Assembly: GCA_039621445.1 (NCBI GenBank) | Contig: CP154954.1 | Span: 24,130,954-24,194,953 of the forward strand | Length of the DNA: 64,000 nt | Source: Euglena gracilis | Taxonomy: Eukaryota | Direction of reading: 5' to 3' | Shown: positions 57,313-64,000 of the stretch, piece by piece | How positions within the stretch are numbered: the first letter of the stretch is position 1 | Layout of the letters: each line of letters opens with the position of its first letter | Made by a program: the position numbers and the translations under genes | Notes under the pieces: generated by a model | Databases searched by the model: none | Seen by the model: only the letters and a program-made list of their open reading frames with translations | Told to the model about the DNA's origin: nothing

Positions 57313-60300
57313 TCAGGTGCCACACAGTCCCGAACCCATCCTTCCTTTGGTTGCACTCGCTCTTTCCGAGAGGAACCACTGCAGCTCCTCCCAGAATTTC
57401 CTGGGCAGAGTGGCTGGCCAGATGAAGTGATTCATCCGTGGGTGACTGGCTGACACCTGCGGGGCATTCCACGGGTGGAAGTGAATTGACATGTGATACG
57501 CACATTCCGTGCGGACTGTATGGGGTCGTAATACGGCCCCAAGCCAGTCTTTCCAGGTCATCCCGTGGTTTTCGGGTGGCCATTGTGGCAGGCACCAGCG
57601 ACCGTTTTTGTCGTGGGTTGTGAACAGGCGGAAAAAAATCTTTTCCCTGTCCGCTGTCTCCCAGAGGTAAGGTAATCTTACCCCTGCCTCCTTAGCAGCG
57701 AGGCGTATCGCCCCACTGTCGATCTGCCAGCCACGGGCCATTCCCCTGTGGCGGTAGTCGTCAAGCTTGTGGTTGGAGTACTTGAAAAAGTCCTTGTACT
57801 TTTTGTGCAAGGTGGATTATTCCTCCAGTGGGTTCTGGGCACTTGGCACGATTGTGCGAACTGCGCCTTCGGCAGTTTGCCAGAAGGTACCTCGAAGGCA
57901 GTTGACACAGAGTAGTGGTACATTCGTACCATCGCGCTCGGTGTAGCTAAAATTGTGCTTGTGTGTCCAACTGTCCACGCACTTGGCGCATACCAAGGCG
58001 GCACATTTGGGGAGGATTGCACACGTGGACGAGGGGTAATCCCAAGTGAGGTGCACTGTTATACATCTTGTGGCATACAGTGCAAAGCCACACAAAACGG
58101 CTTTCCGTCGTTTTGTCGAGGAGGAATTCCTCACCGAAGGATTGGGCCAAAACACGGGGGGATCTGGAATTGTAATAATTCCAGGTCACGTTCCGATCAA
58201 AGGACCATTTTAGGTCCTCACAGAACAGTGGCTCAATCCACCGGTTGAGGCACTTATTTGTCCTCAGTTTGTTATCGATCATCATGTACCTTTTTTTCAG
58301 GTCATGAGTTTCAGGATCATCCTGATTGATCGCGTTCCAGTCGATTACAACTTCGTCTTCCGAAGGTGTCTCGGCTGTTGAGGCGCGGGATTTTCCCTGC
58401 CCCTTTGACGGAGGTTTCGGCTGTGAGGTTTTTCCATAGCCGGATGACGCGACGTGCGTGAACCCTTGTCCCGAGGGTAATCCCCGAGAAGAGGATGCAG
58501 CACCCTGGCCGCCAGCACCACCACCGCCTTTCGGTGGGGGCTGATCACCAGATTTCGGTGTCGGCTTGCAAGGGGCGGCGCCTGGCTTTGTTTTCGCCGG
58601 GGCCTTCGGACTTCCGGTTTCCGGAGTATCCGAGGGCCGGCGTCCGGTGTCACGCTTGCTCGACCAGGTGCGTGCTGACGCTTGGGACGGGGGTCTTCTC
58701 CCCGACGCCGGGCGTTGTGGACCTTCAGCAGGGGTTTCCCGAGCTGATGGTCGTCCTACACGTTCCTTAGTGGCTTCCGTGGGTTTCCCAGGGGTAGCCG
58801 TGGGGGATGGTGTTGGTGTAGGCTTGGCCGGCGCACTTCGCGCTGGTTGAGCCTGTGGTGGAGGCATGGACGTCCTGTTTTTCAGGCGCCGGTGTCCGTG
58901 TGCCTTGACGCTTCTGTGCTGTGATGGTGGCTGCGCCCTGAGGTGCTGGTTCATCCCGTGCCCCTGGCGGCACTGCTGGTGCTGATACAGGTTCATCCTG
59001 TACTGACGCGGTTATTGTTGTCTCCACGGCCATGGCGGTCTGTTCGCCTTCCGTCCGTGTCGCTTCCGACACTGGCGGTGGCGCCGCCGTTGGGGGAGGT
59101 TCATCCTCCACCATGGCTGTAGTGTCAGGTGTTTCTTCCACCGGCTGGGCAGTTTCTGCCGCAGCTGCAGAAGAACTGGCCGCAGTGCCACGTGGAGTGA
59201 CAACTGCAATCAGTGACCGCAAACCACCAAGTACGCGCCCGCCCAGTGAGGTGCGCCGCTCAGGTCCTTCACCTGAAGTGGGCTCCTCCGCTGGCTCCTC
59301 TGTCGACGGGGTTTCCCCGGAAACAGGGAACTTGAGGCGTAATACCTCAGGCGTGTGGGGTACCGTCTCCGGCGGGTTTTCTCGCGGAGGTGTTGGTACA
59401 CCTGTCGTACTCAGTGAGGTAGGTGAGAGTGGGACAAGTGTCATTTTACCTGCTGGCGCTGAGCAGTTTCTGCCACAGTGTCCAGCATCACGACAGATGG
59501 GCTACGGGTTTCCCGTGCCGGAGGTTCTGCTGGCTGAGGTTCATCTTCGGCCATTGGGACCGCTTCCTCCTCCTCCTCCGCTTCCGGAGGGGATTCCTCT
59601 GTGTGTAGTTGTGCTGCAGAACGCGGGTCTTTTCAGCTCCTGTAGCACCCTTGTGCGTCTGACAGGCGGTAAAAGCATATACTTTCACTCCTGTCAGAGT
59701 TGGGGTATGGGGGCGGCCACGACGCTCTTACCCAGCTTCCGGGTAGAGGTTCTGGCTCGTCGTCGTCGATCAGGCAGAGGTCTTCCCACTGCTGTCGACA
59801 ATTCCCGCTCACGCCGTATTCTCCTGTGTCTTCCAGGAAAGCGGGCAGCGGCAACGCATAACGTGGCTGTTTTTCCACGTTTGCCGCGAAAAAAGCTTGG
59901 AAGTCCTCCCAGATCAGGATATTCCCGAACTGGGTGTCGAGGTGCTCCCGTAGACCGATTCCGGCCTCCTGCCAGTCCGGTTGCAGGTTCATCCTGCGTC
60001 GGTCTGGGTCATTCGGCCTGGCGTCTTCCTCGGTGTATCCCCCGAGGTAACCACTTTCTGTGAATATTCACATCAGCGGTCATGTATTCCAGGAAATAGG
60101 TATAAACCTCCAGGACGTAGGTAATCCACGCCCTGTGCCAGTACTGTTGCAGCAGAAATATTTTTTGCCGGTATTGTTTCAGCATCTTTCGGTCTTGCGT
60201 TCCGATCTGGGGGTTCCGGCACTGATGCAGGAGAACTCTCCTGGTCGGCTGGCTGCCAGCATTCTCGGCAGTCGGAGGCGGTTTTCCGCGTTCTCCGAAA

Positions 60301-62511
60301 CCCCAGAAGTCAACGATGTGAACTTCCTTGCAAAACTGGCATTCCAGTTTGTACCGCTGGGCTTACGCGAGGTCGACGTCCAGGACATTGAACAGCGTGC
60401 CATACATGCTGTCCAAGTATACTTGGAGATTGCATGTGAACATTACCGCGTCCTGCGCCTGGAGTTTCTGCGGCAGGGGGTAATACTTCCACTGGATTCC
60501 CAGTGCTCCGACGGAATACATGTGCGTGAAGATTTCCTTCAACTGTGCGACGAACGTTTCGCCGTCTTCACATGCAGGCATACAATCGATGTACGTTGGA
60601 CGGTTTCGGTCGGTAAAAATGTCGAAATTCTGGCAGGGGTATCCTAACCAGAACCACAGCTCCCAGAATCCGGGCATCCGGTCCAGGATAACTTCATTCG
60701 AATGAGGGTATCACTCAAAAGCATGAAGTTCGGAACTGTAGAAAAAACGTTTGCAGTGATCGCTAATACGATTCTGCACCACTTCGAGCACCGCATCCGG
60801 TGGTCGGTGGATCACGTTACCTGCTTTTGTGAACTTTTGGAGATCTTCATCGATTTTTGGCCAGATCCCCTCAAGGTACTTGAACACCGAGGCAACGTCG
60901 TAGTCCTTCGTTTTCGAAGGTTCGGCGGCTTTTCCGCCTTTTCCTGCTGGGGTTCCGGCAGATTTTCCGCCCTTGCCTGGAGCTGGCCACCTTTCTCCTG
61001 GCCTTTTCCTTTCCCCTTACCCTTGCCCTTTCCTTTCCCCTTACCCTTTGTGTTGAACAGCCATTCGAATGTCGCCTAGTAATCCCAGTATTCTGGGTTT
61101 TCTGGTGTAAACACAGGGTAAGTCACGGATTCCGTGCTGGACGTTCGAGCAAATTCCTGCTCAGCGTCACCACGATTCGAGTAAACCAGCGCGACCGGGG
61201 GTGGTCGGGTTTCCCGACGTGCCTGTTCTGCCGTCACATCTGGCGCTGGCGAAGCTTCTTCCTCAGCGTCGACGTGCATCGCTGCGGGCGGATTTTCCGA
61301 CCTCGGTGAGCGGCGCTGTGGCTGCGGCGTCAGATTTTCCGGGCCGCGGTCACGCTTGCCGGCGGCAGCGCTTGTGGGTCGTGCTGATGGCGCTTCCGCC
61401 ACAGCAACGTCCTGCTGTCGCGCTGGTTGACGTGATCGTGATGGAGCTGGGACTCCCGTGAGAGCCGACACAGCACCATCATACTGCTGGCGCTCTTCTC
61501 TCGTCATTTCCGCCCGGGCAGGATATCCCTGGCCAGCGGAAACAGGGGGGCGACGTGCGATTTGTCGTTGGATCGTCACAGCATATTCATACTGTTGACG
61601 TTCCTCCTCGGAATTGAACGGCGGCCAGTCCACGGGTTAACGGGTTCATCCCGAAGCGTAGGCACTGGCGCCGCACGGCTTCCCGCGGACGAGCGCTTCG
61701 GGCAATGTCAGACGTCGGGGGAGGGTTTCCCTCCACAGGACGTCGTGGCATAGGGTCAGGTATGGTTGGGTGGGGTTGAGGTGGATACACGTACTGATCC
61801 CGTGGCACTGGTTCCTCCTGGGGATATTTCCCAGAGACGGTGTACTGAGACACATGCTCCTGCGCAGGATAATCTCGCCGGGGCATGCGCTCAGGGGATC
61901 GAATAATACTTTCTTTCACGCGTGGGTTTTCACTCCGGACAGGTGCTTCCCCTGTCTCTTCCTCGGGTAATCCGGGGGAGTGAGCACGAAAATGTGCGGT
62001 GTAAGTGCCAACTGGTGGTACCTGTCGTGCTACCTGTGGCGGGACTTCCACGCCCAGGTCACGCATGGTAATGTCCGCCGCGAATCCCGATCTGTCCGAG
62101 TCGGTGTAATACACCGAACCGGTCATCGTCGCCTGGGCACTCATACACCACAGGGCTGGAGGGGTGTTCGCGGTGGTCAAAATTTACGGCAGTGGTCATC
62201 CACAACGCCTGGGTGAGGTAGTCTGGTGCCGGGTTTGCGCTCATACGCATCACCCGGTTCATCGTCTCCGCCGTGCGGTGGATCATCACACCCGCGTACG
62301 GTGGGAGGCGACGAGAGCCTGATGGCTGAGATGACCGCGCTTCCGCGGATATCGGGGTCATCCTGCTACTGCTGCTGGCTTCAGGGTTTCCCTGAGCCGC
62401 AGTCCGTGTAGGTGGTTGCGTACCGTATCGATACGCATACTGGTCAGGTGGAGGGTGAGTGGTGGGGTGGTAAGGCGGTACTCCTCCTGGCTCCCTTCCA
62501 CCGGGCAGCAT
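57313..62511 (-). pseudogene. Element B2 ORF3: ~1700-codon accessory ORF with C-terminal RING-like finger; several frameshifts and stops
   Basis: Chain of same-strand ORFs (62059-62511, 61587-62180, 61076-61633, 60363-60677, 59633-59992, 58767-59444, 57947-58996, 57817-58155, 57313-57810) between the pol stop and the 3' UTR. Confidence 0.72.
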
Positions 62512-62672
62512 GATACTGCCCGGGGTCGGTGCGGTGGGATGGTTAGGTTGTTGGTTGTGAGGTGGTAAGGTTAACCGCTTGAGTATTGTTTGCTAAAAAA
62601 TCTGCGGAAAGAAAGAATGATAAGAATAGATGATAAAAAGAAAAGAAAACAACATGGGTTTCCCATGCGTTC

Positions 62673-64000
62673 TCAAAAACTTGTCATGGAAACATCAATG
62701 TTATGCTTCTTGTTCCACAGCTTCCAGTTCTGCTGGACAGACCCAACAAAACTGGTTGCTGGCTCCCAAGTGTCCTCCTCGGGCCCATACCCTTTCCAGG
62801 GGACCTTCCAAAGGTGCATACCTTTGTCGATTTTGTCATCGATAATTTTATCGACTACAAAGTCGTCGGTCTCAGGTAATCTGGAACGGGGCTGGAAGTG
62901 CAGACACGGGATGGGTTTCCCATCCGGCGGTGACAGGTATGGCTTGAAGTCGTCCATATGAACGTCCTCAACACGATTCGGTAATGCAACCTTGTATCGC
63001 CCGCTGGTACCTAGTCTTTCTAGGCTTTCACAGGTGCCGAGCAAAAGGGGGTCCAGTTTGGAAGACTGCATGCGAGTACGGCTATTCCGCACCCACACGC
63101 GGTCACCGGGACTATACACAGGTGACTTGAAATTCTGCAAAAACGATTTCCGTTTAGTTGCATGAATATCAGTGACTCGCTTCTGGACTGCAGAACGTAG
63201 ATTTTCTACTTCCGCAAAACAGGTCTCGCAACTGACACTCGTTCGGGCGGGTCTCTACGAAGGGACATCCCCTATGGCCGGAGGGTCCCGTCCGAAAACT
63301 AATTTATAGGGGGAGTGAGGTAAAACCAGCCCTGGTAGGGTATTGATATAAAACAAACACCATGGTAGCAATGATATCCAGTTGCTGCGCGAGTCAGCCA
63401 GTGAAAGGCGAAGCATATTCACGACGGATTTCACGGCTGCCTCGGCTCTACCATTGCCTTTGGGTCGGTATATAATGCAAAAATGCTGCTCAATTCCGAG
63501 TAAACCGCACAAAGTGGTGAAAAACCTTGAAAAAACCAAATGGTCTTGATCACTCACGATTTCATTCGGTAAACCGATTAAGCAAATGCATTTCTCCAAA
63601 AATATATTTGCCAAATTTTGGGCAGTCAACCCTGACTTCTGGCGTGGAATGGCTACAATGTACGCACTCAGCCTGCAGACGACAACAAAAACGTAATCGT
63701 AAATTTTGTCGTCCGTTCCTTTGCACGGTTCTAATTCCAGAAAATCCATGCAGAGGGAGGTAAAAATGTCAATGGTACGGGGAAAAAGTCCATCGTACCA
63801 GGGGGGGTGCCTCTGCGGAGTTTTACCGCTTGACAAATTTGACACCGTTGCGCTATTCGTAAACAGCGTGAGTAAAGCACCTTCTCGCTCAGGGTTGTGC
63901 AACACCTGCGGCCCACCAACGAAAGAAGTTTGGGGGCCCCAGGGTGACCGTGGTTGTGAGCACAAAATCGCATCATCAACCAGGTCCTGGGGGATACAAT
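62673..64000 (-). pseudogene. pol: Element B2 integrase (HHCC, DDE) plus chromodomain
   Basis: AHNHGHPG..RCQICQ; CMDF, SDQD, GNGRAE; FVVDKII..WKVPWKGYGPEEDTWEP. Confidence 0.92.

Larger units (their letters stand above)
52737..64000 (-). mobile_element. Element B2: 3' half of a second family-B chromovirus (IN-chromo, ORF3, 3' UTR, 3' LTR); continues beyond the window
   Basis: Collinear with B1; LTR split into 52737-52869 and 55032-55314 by a ~2.2-kb insert; PPT at 55315. Confidence 0.9.

Overview
Eukaryotic, transposon-saturated DNA with no intact host gene. Two stem-forming non-GT/AG introns point to a euglenid-like host (inference). The backbone is a Mutator-like DDE transposase pseudogene (2638-4527 plus 40726-41365). 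It is split by a large minus-strand Ty3/gypsy chromovirus (element B1, 4528-40725, TSD CCTTG), which itself holds a younger, unrelated chromovirus (element A, 5979-12955, TSD CTACC), a 3-unit tandem array (15901-19522) and a defective relative (element C, 19813-30712, TSD AATGT) carrying several MITEs. Further right are an 11-bp satellite, a decayed DIRS-like tyrosine-recombinase retroelement, a CRE-type non-LTR element with two 2A-like peptides, and the 3' half of a second family-B copy (B2, 52737 to window end). Main observations: (1) both chromovirus families (integrase plus chromodomain) carry a DIRS-type DNA N6-adenine methyltransferase (Dam-like) domain between protease and RT; (2) family B has an extra ~5.2-kb sense ORF after the chromodomain ending in a RING-like finger; (3) family B/C LTRs end TG...CT rather than TG...CA. 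All domain calls are by-eye motif recognition; no database search was run.
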